Shown here one piece after another: positions 36,154 through 44,496 of a DNA stretch of 64,000 nt. Position 1 is the stretch's first letter. Each line of letters opens with the position of its first letter. Source of the DNA: an uncultured candidate division Zixibacteria bacterium (GTDB taxonomy: Bacteria > Zixibacteria > MSB-5A5 > GN15 > FEB-12); contig OY760907.1 in assembly GCA_963664195.1 (NCBI GenBank), forward strand, positions 480,001 to 544,000, written 5' to 3'. Position numbers and translations under genes: made by a program. A model generated the notes under the pieces. The model was not told where the DNA came from. It worked only from the letters and a program-made list of their open reading frames with translations, and did not search any database.

Positions 36154-36590
36154 CGGGTTTCTAGTGGTCGCTTGATTGTCACACATCCCTCCCGTATCAC
36201 CGAGTGAATCTGATTGGTCTAAGATCGCCTTCAAAATACACAATTGCGGGTGATTGTCAATCGGGAAACGAATCCCCCAGAGGTGGAACCCTGGTGGTCA
36301 CAAAAGGGGCGAGTACGGCTATCTCCCACCCGAGGCACGGGTTGGCCACCGGAGGTCCACAAAGGGGAGAACGCGGTTGTCCCCCACCCGAGGCACGGGT
36401 TGGCCACCGGAGGTCCACAAAGGGGAGAACGCGGCTGTCCCCCACCCGAGGCACGGGTTGGCCACCGGAGGTCCACAAAAGGGAGAACGCGGCTATCTCC
36501 CACCCGAGGCACGGGTTGGCCACCGAACGGACGGCAAGCTGCAAACTCGCATGTAATGGAAGACAAAACAAGCGGAGAGGTAGGGATTCG
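36154..36590. repeat. Right copy of long direct repeat (matches 12313-12633)
   Basis: Direct alignment by eye; includes the tRNA 3' end. Confidence 0.95.
36293..36524. repeat. Four tandem 58-bp units
   Basis: Units at 36293, 36351, 36409 and 36467, each ending CCCACCCGAGGCACGGGTTGGCCACC. Confidence 0.95.
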
Positions 36591-36658
36591 AACCCTAGAT
36601 ACTCAAAGAGTATAACGGTTTTCGAGACCGCCGCTTTCGACCACTCAGCCACCTCTCC
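36573..36658 (-). tRNA. tRNA-Ser(CGA), CCA not encoded
   Basis: GGAGAGGTGGCTGAGTGGTCGAAAGCGGCGGTCT-CGA-AAACCGTTATACTCTTTGAGTATCTAGGGTTCGAATCCCTACCTCTCCG; long variable arm, discriminator G. Confidence 0.96.
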
Positions 36659-36834
36659 GTCTAAAATCGATGGCACCCGAATGCACCTGCATTAAACACG
36701 GCTCATCCGGGCTGATCTTGAGCACAAAATCTAACAAAAATCGAACCGATGTAAAGCTGTTTTTGGGCTGAGTGCGTTTTCGTCATCAAGATAGGATGAA
36801 AACCGGGTGGTCCGGGCCGGGAATCAGTTCAACT

Positions 36835-37377
36835 CTAAAGCAGGCCGTGGCTGTGCTCGGTGAGTTTCCCCTGCTCAACCAACTCTTCCTGCGCTGCGAT
36901 CAGTTTCCGAACCGATCCGTAGCGCGGGCGTACCACCTGGAAGACCAGAAACGAAAGGATCACAAAGACCGCACACTCCTGAAATCTGCCGGTGAGCAGG
37001 AAATAGACAAATCCCCAGACCGAAATTGAGGTCGTCAGCAGGAATAGCTTGCGGGAGAAAGCAATCAGCGTCATTAGCAGATCCCGCTCGAACGTCTTCT
37101 CACTGTGGATCATCGGTTCCTGGAACCGTTTATTGCGCCACCATACCGCCAGGCCGCTCTCGGCCACCGCGAACGCAGCAAACACGTAGAAAAGCGCGTT
37201 GGCCATAGAGGGAATGCGGTTCTCGACGAAATAGTTGTTGTTAGCATAGTAGCACAAAAACAGGATTGCCGCCGGCAACATGACGTTCAGCACCATGCCG
37301 AAATACAGCGGTTTTGCCACCAGCGAGGTGACGTCGTACTTATCCCCGGATGTATCTTCGTTTCTCATACTGTTCAC
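36835..37377 (-). CDS. Hypothetical 4-TM membrane protein
   Basis: Four hydrophobic segments; ends G.VYFLLTG...RPR; overlaps the upstream paralog. Confidence 0.75.
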   Translation of the reverse strand: MNSMRNEDTSGDKYDVTSLVAKPLYFGMVLNVMLPAAILFLCYYANNNYFVENRIPSMANALFYVFAAFAVAESGLAVWWRNKRFQEPMIHSEKTFERDLLMTLIAFSRKLFLLTTSISVWGFVYFLLTGRFQECAVFVILSFLVFQVVRPRYGSVRKLIAAQEELVEQGKLTEHSHGLL

Positions 37378-37826
37378 ACTTTCTTGAGGAACTGCTCGTA
37401 GCGATCGCGTCGCGGCCAGTAGACGGCGGACCAGATCGCGCCGATCGGGTAGAACCAGAGCATTTGTATCATATCACCGGTCAGCACGTACACTACCAGA
37501 CCGTAGATGTATATCGCCTCGACAATGGCCAGTTTGATGATCGAGACGCTGCGGAACAACTGGTCGGGTGACATCTGCGACTGACTGTTGGTCTTGAACG
37601 TCTTGACCTGGAACCGTTCGATGAGCGGCAAAAACGCCGGCTCGACCATCGCAATGAATAACAGAATATAGACAATTAGCAGCGACTCGCCCGCCGTATC
37701 AAGGCTTTCTATGTTCAGGAATTGGGCGACAATCAGGATGATCAGCGGGAAACCGATCAACATGGCAAAAGCGAGAAGCCGGACAATCTTGAACTCTCCC
37801 CCGTTTCGAATACTGCCAATACTCAA
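37374..37826 (-). CDS. Hypothetical 4-TM membrane protein (paralog of neighbour)
   Basis: EAIYIYGLVVYVLTG...YWPRR; coupled to tadA. Confidence 0.75.
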   Translation of the reverse strand: MSIGSIRNGGEFKIVRLLAFAMLIGFPLIILIVAQFLNIESLDTAGESLLIVYILLFIAMVEPAFLPLIERFQVKTFKTNSQSQMSPDQLFRSVSIIKLAIVEAIYIYGLVVYVLTGDMIQMLWFYPIGAIWSAVYWPRRDRYEQFLKKV

Positions 37827-38299
37827 TTGATCTTCTCCTTGCTCCCGCGAACCTGACGGAAAAACGACTTCATCAAGGCCGCGATTTCATCTTCCATGAC
37901 ACCCGAGACGATTTCGATCCGATGGTTCAATCTGGGTTCGGTCGGGATGGCGAATATCGAGCCGCAACCTCCGAATTTCGGGTCGCGCGCCCCGTAGACA
38001 ATCGTCTTGATCCGCGACAACACAGCCGCCCCGGCACACATGGTGCAGGGTTCAAGGGTCGAAAAGAGATAGCAGTTTTCGAGCCGCCAATCGCCGAAAT
38101 GCTTGTAAGCGGCACTCAGCGCGATTATCTCGGCGTGAGCGGTAGCATCGTGCATGGATTCGGTCAGATTGTGTCCCCGTCCGATGACCCGGTTATCGAA
38201 TACGACAATCGCGCCCACCGGGACCTCGTCACGCTCAAACGCCATTTCGGCCTGCTGGTAAGCGAGGTTCATGTATCTTTGATATAGCTCTGGATCCAT
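37823..38299 (-). CDS. tadA: tRNA adenosine(34) deaminase
   Basis: EVPVGAIVV, HDATAHAE, TLEPCTMCAGA, YGARDPKFGGCGS. Confidence 0.95.
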   Translation of the reverse strand: MDPELYQRYMNLAYQQAEMAFERDEVPVGAIVVFDNRVIGRGHNLTESMHDATAHAEIIALSAAYKHFGDWRLENCYLFSTLEPCTMCAGAAVLSRIKTIVYGARDPKFGGCGSIFAIPTEPRLNHRIEIVSGVMEDEIAALMKSFFRQVRGSKEKIN

Positions 38300-38378
38300 G
38301 GCGCTAATATAGAGAGTGGTCGATTGAAGAGCACGGTTTTTTTGTGGAGTGAATGGACGGGTGCGAGTATAAAGAGAC

Positions 38379-39230
38379 ATGACACTATCAAGAGCGCTAA
38401 TTCAATCGATCGTCCTGTCTCTCGTGCTCGCACTGTCTGCGAATAGCCAGACGGTCGTTCACCCGTGGTTCGAGGAATCAACGAACGAAGACCGCGAGGT
38501 CGTCGCCGATATCGCCGCTCCCGCAGAATTCGGGCTGACCAAGACTGCTGACGATTCGTTCGCCAATTGGTTGGGGCAGCTTCCGCTGAAACCGGAGAGC
38601 ACGCGGGCTCGGCTGTTCGACGGGAGACTCAAACCCTACCCGGCAGCGGTTTATCGGGTGGTTGATATCGATGTCGGCGAGCGTGACTTGCAACAGTGTG
38701 CCGATGCGGTCATGCGGCTGCGAAGCGAGTATTTCTGGCACCGGACACAATACGACTCAATTGCCTTCAATTTCACCAGCGGGGACCGTGCGAAGTATGT
38801 CGACTGGCGCGAGGGCATCCGGCCGAAAGTGAACGGCAACGAAGTAACATGGCAGAAGACGGCTGAGGCCGATTCATCGTACAAGAATTTCCGCAAGTAT
38901 CTGGAAACAGTCTTCATGTACGCCGGGACGTATTCGCTGGCCAAAGAGATGAAGTCGGTAGAACATCCTGAGGATGTGCGGATCGGCGACATTTTCATCC
39001 GGGGGGGATTTCCGGGACATACGGTGATCGTGGTCGGGTTGGCGTCGGATTCCGCAAGTGGCAAGAAGGCGATACTGCTGGCTCAGGGATTCACACCCGC
39101 CCAGGATATTCATGTGTTGACGAATCTCAACGACGGCAGCATGAATCCGTGGTATCTGGTAGAGCCGAACAATCGGCTGCGCACGCCTGAGTGGACGTTC
39201 GACTGGTCGGATTTGAAGCGGTTTGAGTAG
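38379..39230 (+). CDS. DUF4846-domain exported protein
   Basis: Signal peptide; DLQQCADAVMRLRSEY, YAGTYSL, GDIFIRGGFPGH, AQGFTPAQDIH. Confidence 0.85.
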   Translation: MTLSRALIQSIVLSLVLALSANSQTVVHPWFEESTNEDREVVADIAAPAEFGLTKTADDSFANWLGQLPLKPESTRARLFDGRLKPYPAAVYRVVDIDVGERDLQQCADAVMRLRSEYFWHRTQYDSIAFNFTSGDRAKYVDWREGIRPKVNGNEVTWQKTAEADSSYKNFRKYLETVFMYAGTYSLAKEMKSVEHPEDVRIGDIFIRGGFPGHTVIVVGLASDSASGKKAILLAQGFTPAQDIHVLTNLNDGSMNPWYLVEPNNRLRTPEWTFDWSDLKRFE

Positions 39231-39323
39231 TAGGCGCTGCCGATCCCATAGATCGAGCTCTGACAGACAATCGAGTCACACTGAGCTTGTCGAAGTGTAG
39301 GCCACTCGATTGGCTATTCTCGT

Positions 39324-39737
39324 CTATTCGGGTTCGACCCTACTGCCTGAATCCCTTTTCACGAACCAGATTATTGCCAATACCACCGCATAGCATAGCA
39401 CCACGCTGAGAAGGGCCGCACCAACTCCGTAGGTGTCCCAAGATGCCACGAAAAGAACGTTCGTCGCCAGAGCACCAGGGATGTTTAAGAGCAAGGAAAC
39501 GCCCCAAAGGACTTCCGGTATGCCTCCTAGCAACTGATCAAGTGGAAACACCGGAATGAGTATCCAAATAGGGATAGACCAGAGGACAGCAGAAAGAGCA
39601 GCGTCTTCCAAGAGTCGCCTGTTCTTCCGGCGTGTTTCATCACCCAAAAGATCGGTCTTGCTCCAAGGTCCGTTCATACGAGCAATCATGGCCATGCAAG
39701 TGACAGCAACTCTCTTAGTACCTGTCTCTTGTCCCAA
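39324..39737 (-). CDS. Hypothetical membrane protein (start uncertain)
   Basis: Three hydrophobic segments; lies between two 21-bp direct repeats. Confidence 0.45.
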   Translation of the reverse strand: MGQETGTKRVAVTCMAMIARMNGPWSKTDLLGDETRRKNRRLLEDAALSAVLWSIPIWILIPVFPLDQLLGGIPEVLWGVSLLLNIPGALATNVLFVASWDTYGVGAALLSVVLCYAVVLAIIWFVKRDSGSRVEPE

Positions 39738-39802
39738 ACAGAACCACTCTGACAGCGATCAGCATCAAGGCGTCCGCCCAGAAGACCGCTGCGCGGGCAA
39801 TC

Positions 39803-39829
39803 GCAGGTCTGAAGACAGACCTTCGCTAC
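39803..39829 (-). repeat. GTAG-type REP hairpin
   Basis: GTAGCGAAGGTCTG-TCTT-CAGACCTGC; relative at 53387-53413. Confidence 0.65.
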
Positions 39830-39847
39830 AAGAGTTGCTGACAACCG

Positions 39848-40207
39848 CTATTCGGGTTCTGCCCTACTCTCCTCGTCCTCTTCCTCAGGCGTAGGCCCTT
39901 TCTTTTCAGTCGTTGGCTTTGGCGTTTCGAGCATCTTCCGAAGCGGCGTAAACAAGAACAACACCAGCACTAATCCCGGAACGAAAATCGGCAGATACTG
40001 AATCGGGATCGGCACGTTTTCGCTCGGTTCAGCCGGAGCGGGATCGGTCGGATCGCCATGCTTGAGCCAGCCACCGTTGCCGTCGGGAAGCCAGCGATCT
40101 TCGCCCTCAAGGAACCCGTACGAAGGACCGTACACCGCGTGCAACGCCAGCGACAGGGCCAGATAGAGAACGATAATCGCAACGAGCAGGTAGATTTGTT
40201 TTTTCAT
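39848..40207 (-). CDS. Hypothetical 2-TM protein
   Basis: Two TM helices flanking GEDRW....GGWLKHGDP..P.P motif. Confidence 0.75.
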   Translation of the reverse strand: MKKQIYLLVAIIVLYLALSLALHAVYGPSYGFLEGEDRWLPDGNGGWLKHGDPTDPAPAEPSENVPIPIQYLPIFVPGLVLVLFLFTPLRKMLETPKPTTEKKGPTPEEEDEESRAEPE

Positions 40208-40356
40208 ACTGCGATTGTAGGGCGGCGCCGGACGGTTGTCAACCGTTTGATACGCGAGCCATTTGTAAGTTGCCCAAAGCAGCCAATCTCCATATCGTTT
40301 CGCATTATGTGGACCCGGCTACGGGCAGGAATTTGAATCGAAGGAGAGTGTGTCTC

Positions 40357-40914
40357 ATGGCAGAAAAAAAGAACCTCACGACGCAACCAGCACTGATCGG
40401 CAACAAAGTGTACCTTCGCCCCGCCACCGCCGAAGATGTCGCCAACACGTACCACTGGTTCCTACTGAGCGACCCGTCGTCGATGACCTGCCGTCCGCTG
40501 ACCGTCAACACAGCTGCGGAGGCTGCCGAGGCATACAAAAAAGCCGAGCGGTCGCCTGACCGACAATTGTTCATGGTCGTTCGCAAGAAAGACAACGTGC
40601 CGGTGGGGAAAATCCGATTCTTCGATCTCAACAACCTCAACCGATCGGCCGAACTCGGCCTGCTTGTCGATCCGGACGAGCAGCAAAAAGGGTTCGGAGC
40701 AGAAGCGCTCGAAATCCTCTGCGAGTATCTCTTTGCATCCCGAGGACTCAACAAAGTCTACGCCCAGACCGGGTCGTTCAACGACGGCGCCAAAGCCCTG
40801 CTTGAATCGGCGGATTTCAAGCTCGATGGAACTCTCCGTCGACACTATTTCTATAAAGGTGAATATCACGACGGCCTCATTTACTCGCTGTTGGCATACG
40901 AATTCGGGAGGTAG
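40357..40914 (+). CDS. GNAT N-acetyltransferase (RimJ/RimL family)
   Basis: VYLRP, NRSAELG..QQKGFGAEA, GLNKVYA...N.GA..L.E..DF..DG.LR; AAGGAG RBS. Confidence 0.9.
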   Translation: MAEKKNLTTQPALIGNKVYLRPATAEDVANTYHWFLLSDPSSMTCRPLTVNTAAEAAEAYKKAERSPDRQLFMVVRKKDNVPVGKIRFFDLNNLNRSAELGLLVDPDEQQKGFGAEALEILCEYLFASRGLNKVYAQTGSFNDGAKALLESADFKLDGTLRRHYFYKGEYHDGLIYSLLAYEFGR

Positions 40915-40922
40915 GCGTCTCT

Positions 40923-40988
40923 GTCGAAACTGCAGGAGTCTCGACCTACAAGTTGCAGGGCGGTACGACCGGGTTGGTTTCGACCTAC
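40923..40988 (-). repeat. Two GTAG-type REP elements
   Basis: GTCGAAACTGCAGGAGTCTCGACCTAC (40923-40949) and ...GGTTTCGACCTAC (to 40988); near-identical copy at 53510-53536. Confidence 0.7.
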
Positions 40989-41028
40989 AAGGGCGGTGAA
41001 ATGATTCGGGAAAAACTTTCGTACCGCC

Positions 41029-41054
41029 GTAACCGGATCTAAGCCTGGAGCGTC
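41029..41054 (+). promoter_or_regulatory. Putative ECF-sigma autoregulatory promoter
   Basis: GTAACC-16 bp-CGTC ending 10 bp before the sigma ATG. Confidence 0.6.
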
Positions 41055-41064
41055 TTAGCAGAGA

Positions 41065-41580
41065 ATGAGAGAAGACAGAAGCCTGTTCTGGAAGTTGCTG
41101 GAACCGGAGTATCACGGCGCCCTGATGTTCTGTCGCAAACTAATGGCGAACCGTGAGCAAGGCGACGACCTCTTCCAGGATGCGCTGGTACTGGCCCTGA
41201 CGAAATTCGGGAGCCTTCGCGACCAGACCTCGTTTCGTCCCTGGCTCTACCGAATACTCGTGAACACTTTTCACAGCACGGTACGTCGCCCCTGGTGGAA
41301 ACGCGTAGTACCTTTGACGAGCGAAATGCAGGGGCACCTGGCTTGCGCTGATCCTGTAGGGGCACACGACGCCCGACGGTGGCTTGGTCGCGCGTTCAAG
41401 GTCCTGTCCCCCGAGACGCAGGCTCTGGTCACTCTCTACGAACTCGAAGAATGGACAATCGGCGAATTGGCCGGATTGTATGACCTTACCGAAGGAACGG
41501 TCAAGGCACGATTGTTCAGAGCAAGACGCAAAATGAAAAAGGCACTGTTGAGTTACCAAACGACAGAGGAACAATCATGA
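41065..41580 (+). CDS. ECF RNA polymerase sigma factor
   Basis: DDLFQDAL...FRPWLYRILVN region 2; EGTVKARLFRARRKM region 4. Confidence 0.92.
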   Translation: MREDRSLFWKLLEPEYHGALMFCRKLMANREQGDDLFQDALVLALTKFGSLRDQTSFRPWLYRILVNTFHSTVRRPWWKRVVPLTSEMQGHLACADPVGAHDARRWLGRAFKVLSPETQALVTLYELEEWTIGELAGLYDLTEGTVKARLFRARRKMKKALLSYQTTEEQS

Positions 41581-42266
41581 ACTGCCGCGATGCCAGACTC
41601 AGAATGACCGGCTCTCGACGGGATGGAACCCCGATCGAGCAGGATCACGAGTTGCAGAAACACCTGAAGGTGTGTCCGGCGTGTGCTCGCGAGGCCAAGA
41701 TTGACAGCAAGCTCAGGTTGATGCTTGAGACTGCGGCCAAAGGTGACGAGCAGCAGATCCCCTCTCAATTGGAAATGAAACGACTTGTGTCGGCACGCCT
41801 GTCTTCGCCTGCGACAGCGAAGCGGCATCAGATGGTCGAGGCTTTCCAACGATTGCGGTTTTTGATGTGGCGGCATCCGGCTCGCGGGATTGCCCTCGGT
41901 CTGACGGCAGTGTTGTTGGCTTTCGTTTCGCTGGTGCCGTTCAAATACACGCACACGCTGGGGTACGATCTGTCACTCGGCGGTGTTTGCCAGGAGTATG
42001 CCGAAAACGACGAGGAAATCTGCAGCATGCTTTCCAGGCTGGGGCTGCATGACGCCGGCGTGGACGTTCTCGGTTGCGACAGCACCTGCAGTTTACAGAT
42101 CATCGACCTGAACAACCGCGAGGAAGCTCGTCTGGTGGTGGCCGCGTTCGAGAGCCTCTGCCCGGATCGAATTACCTCCAATGTTGTGCCGGTAGTATCG
42201 AGAGGCTCAAGCAGCCTGCTCGATCGCGCCAACCAGAGGCTGTTTGTGGGAGAACAGGGTAGCTAG
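41577..42266 (+). CDS. Zinc-binding anti-sigma factor (zf-HC2) with TM helix
   Basis: MNC...HLKVCPAC motif; one TM; Cys-containing periplasmic domain; ATGA overlap with sigma gene. Confidence 0.85.
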   Translation: MNCRDARLRMTGSRRDGTPIEQDHELQKHLKVCPACAREAKIDSKLRLMLETAAKGDEQQIPSQLEMKRLVSARLSSPATAKRHQMVEAFQRLRFLMWRHPARGIALGLTAVLLAFVSLVPFKYTHTLGYDLSLGGVCQEYAENDEEICSMLSRLGLHDAGVDVLGCDSTCSLQIIDLNNREEARLVVAAFESLCPDRITSNVVPVVSRGSSSLLDRANQRLFVGEQGS

Positions 42267-42376
42267 ACCGCAATTTCGCCTTCGAGTTCGCCGTGAGGCG
42301 GGCCCGCAATATACGCTTCATAAGACAAAGCAAGTACTAACCAGAAACGCTATACAAACGTGAAGGAGACAATAAC

Positions 42377-43117
42377 ATGACTACAAAGACCGTACTACTC
42401 TCTGTCCTAACACTTTCTGTGTTCGCCCTGGCCGGCATGACCCAGGCGGCACCGAAGCTCGTGATCGAGCCGCCAGAATTCGATTTTGGCTACGTGCCTC
42501 AGCATTCAAAGATATCTCACGCCTTCACTCTCTCGTCTACAGGCGAAGACAGCCTCAAGATTACAAAAGTGATACCCGGCTGTGGCTGCACCAAAACACC
42601 GCTGGCGAAAAGCGAGCTGGCCCCCGGGGAAAAAACCGAGCTTGAGGTGATATTCAGCACAAAGCGGTACGCTAACAGCGTTACGAAGCGCCCCAAAATA
42701 GTAACCAACGAAGAACCGTCATCGAAAAGTGTCCCGATCTTCGCCAACGTGGTCACTCGTCCGGACTCGACCTACCCCGTAATCATCACGCCGTACAAGC
42801 TCGATATTTCGCAGTTTGGCGAGACCGTCCGTGACAAAATGAAGTTCACGATTAGCAATGTCTCGGAAGAAGACCTGAAGCTGAGCATGGTGTACACGCC
42901 CGATGGCGTTTTCGAGGTGACGCTGCCTCAATCAGTCGCGGCCGGGGGGAAAGCACAGGGAATGCTGAAGCTGAAGCCTGAAGCAGTGCATGGTTCTTTT
43001 GAGAAATCGTTTACCTTTCAGTTGAGTGATGTAGCCGGAACCCGATTTACGGTACCGGTGAAGCGCACGGTACGGGAGCCTGATGCTCAGTTGACGGTGA
43101 AGGCTGATGGGAAGTAA
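42377..43117 (+). CDS. DUF1573-domain exported Ig-like protein
   Basis: Signal peptide; FDFGYV...G.DSLKITKVIPGCGCT...LAPGE; AAGGAG RBS. Confidence 0.85.
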   Translation: MTTKTVLLSVLTLSVFALAGMTQAAPKLVIEPPEFDFGYVPQHSKISHAFTLSSTGEDSLKITKVIPGCGCTKTPLAKSELAPGEKTELEVIFSTKRYANSVTKRPKIVTNEEPSSKSVPIFANVVTRPDSTYPVIITPYKLDISQFGETVRDKMKFTISNVSEEDLKLSMVYTPDGVFEVTLPQSVAAGGKAQGMLKLKPEAVHGSFEKSFTFQLSDVAGTRFTVPVKRTVREPDAQLTVKADGK

Positions 43118-43119
43118 AC

Positions 43120-43218
43120 GGTCGAAAGGATTTCGACCTGCAACAACTCAGACGTGTGAGCGTCGGGGTTCCATCCCCGACGCATGAATCGGCAGGAGTG
43201 GAACCCTGCCGATCACGA
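43120..43218. repeat. Cluster of hairpins between convergent genes (REP-like or bidirectional terminator)
   Basis: GGTCGAAA..TTTCGACC, GCGTCGGGG..CCCCGACGC and ATCGGCAGG..CCTGCCGAT stems. Confidence 0.6.
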
Positions 43219-43251
43219 TAAGGCGGTATCCGTCAGAGTCTCAACAACGTT

Positions 43252-44496
43252 CTACTGTTTGCTCGGGCCGCTTCCCTGCGGAGTCTGGTTCTTGTCGCGC
43301 GGGCGGCGGTCACGTCGCCGACGTTTGTTTCGACCTCCGTGGTGTGGACGGTTGCTGTCTGGTCGTTTCTGCTGTTGTTGCTGCTGCGGCTGCCCCTGTT
43401 GTTTCGGCTGTTCGCTCTGGCCCTCCTGCCGCAGTTGTTGTTCTTGTTGAGGCTGCGGCTGTTCTTTCAGGCGTGACTCCTCCGGAGGCTTCTGATCCTG
43501 CGGCCGCTCAGGCTGTTCCTGCGGTTTGTACTCTGATTGCTGCGGAGGTTGCGGCTCCTGTGGACGGGGCGTCTGTCCCTGTTCTTTCGGCTGTGGTTCT
43601 GCTTCGGGTTTCGGCTGTTCCTGCGGCTTCGGCTGTTCGACCGGCGGCTTGACTTCCGGTGCAACTGTTTTCTCTTCTTTGGGAAGCTCCGGTTTCAATC
43701 CGGCGACCGTGCTATTCAGTTTCTGCAACTCCTGCCGGGCGCGTTGCGCAAAATCGGCATCCTTCGATGCATACAGCACAGAGCGTGACACGTTTATCAC
43801 GGCCAGTTCCCTGAAGTTGTCCGTACCGTCGACAATGGCCTTCTCAAGCGACCCACCCTGCGCACCGACACCCGGAATCAGCAGCGGCATGTCGGCTGCC
43901 ACACGTCGAATGTCTTTTAACTGTTCGGGGTGCGTGGCCCCCACTACCAGGCCGCAATTGTGATCTTTGTTCCAGGAGGCCATCTTCTCGGCGACCTCCA
44001 TGTAGAGCGGCTTGCCGTTAACCAGCAATTGCTGAAAGTCCTGAGAGCCGGCATTCGAGGTCAGACACAGAACAAAAATGCCCTTCTCTTTGTGATTGAG
44101 AAAGGGCTGCATAGAATCCAGTCCCATATACGGATTGATCGTTATCCAATCAGCATGATAGGTTTCAAACAAACTGGTGGCATACTGCGCGGCGGTGTTG
44201 CCGATATCCCCGCGTTTGCCGTCGAGAATTACCGGGATACCTTCCGGGATGCGCTCAACGATGAGTTTCAGAAGCGACAGTCCTTCAGGACCAAGGCTTT
44301 CATAGAAGGCCATATTCGGTTTGTACGCACACACGAGATCGGACGTAGCGTCTATGATCTTGTGTGCAAACTCAAACATACCCTTGAGCGATCCGGCGTA
44401 ATCTGACGGCATCTTTTTGGGATCGAGATCAAGTCCCACACACAGGTGCGATTTGTTTTTCTGCTGAATCTTCCGCAGATCGTCATATGCCTTCAT
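43252..44496 (-). CDS. pyrF: Orotidine-5'-phosphate decarboxylase with long P/Q/E-rich C-terminal tail
   Basis: LCVGLD, AYKPNMAFYE, ILDGKRGDIGNT, LIPGVGAQGG, NVSRSVLY; then about 145 aa of low complexity. Confidence 0.95.
   Translation of the reverse strand: MKAYDDLRKIQQKNKSHLCVGLDLDPKKMPSDYAGSLKGMFEFAHKIIDATSDLVCAYKPNMAFYESLGPEGLSLLKLIVERIPEGIPVILDGKRGDIGNTAAQYATSLFETYHADWITINPYMGLDSMQPFLNHKEKGIFVLCLTSNAGSQDFQQLLVNGKPLYMEVAEKMASWNKDHNCGLVVGATHPEQLKDIRRVAADMPLLIPGVGAQGGSLEKAIVDGTDNFRELAVINVSRSVLYASKDADFAQRARQELQKLNSTVAGLKPELPKEEKTVAPEVKPPVEQPKPQEQPKPEAEPQPKEQGQTPRPQEPQPPQQSEYKPQEQPERPQDQKPPEESRLKEQPQPQQEQQLRQEGQSEQPKQQGQPQQQQQQKRPDSNRPHHGGRNKRRRRDRRPRDKNQTPQGSGPSKQ

Larger units (their letters stand above)
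12634..36571. mobile_element. Genomic island integrated at the tRNA-Ser(CGA) 3' end; no integrase recognised inside
   Basis: Flanked by a 19-bp tRNA 3' duplication; arm-like repeats TGGTCACAA x2 (12761-12780); accessory cargo (RHS toxin, T2SS-like cluster). Confidence 0.8.

Noticed and set aside
36293..36524. CRISPR array
   Set aside because: The intervening segments are near-identical rather than unique spacers, and no cas genes are present; it is a tandem repeat.
39276..39298. GTCACACTGAGCTTGTCGAAGTG short palindrome
   Set aside because: Resembles a widespread small intergenic repeat but is single-copy here with no associated mobile gene.
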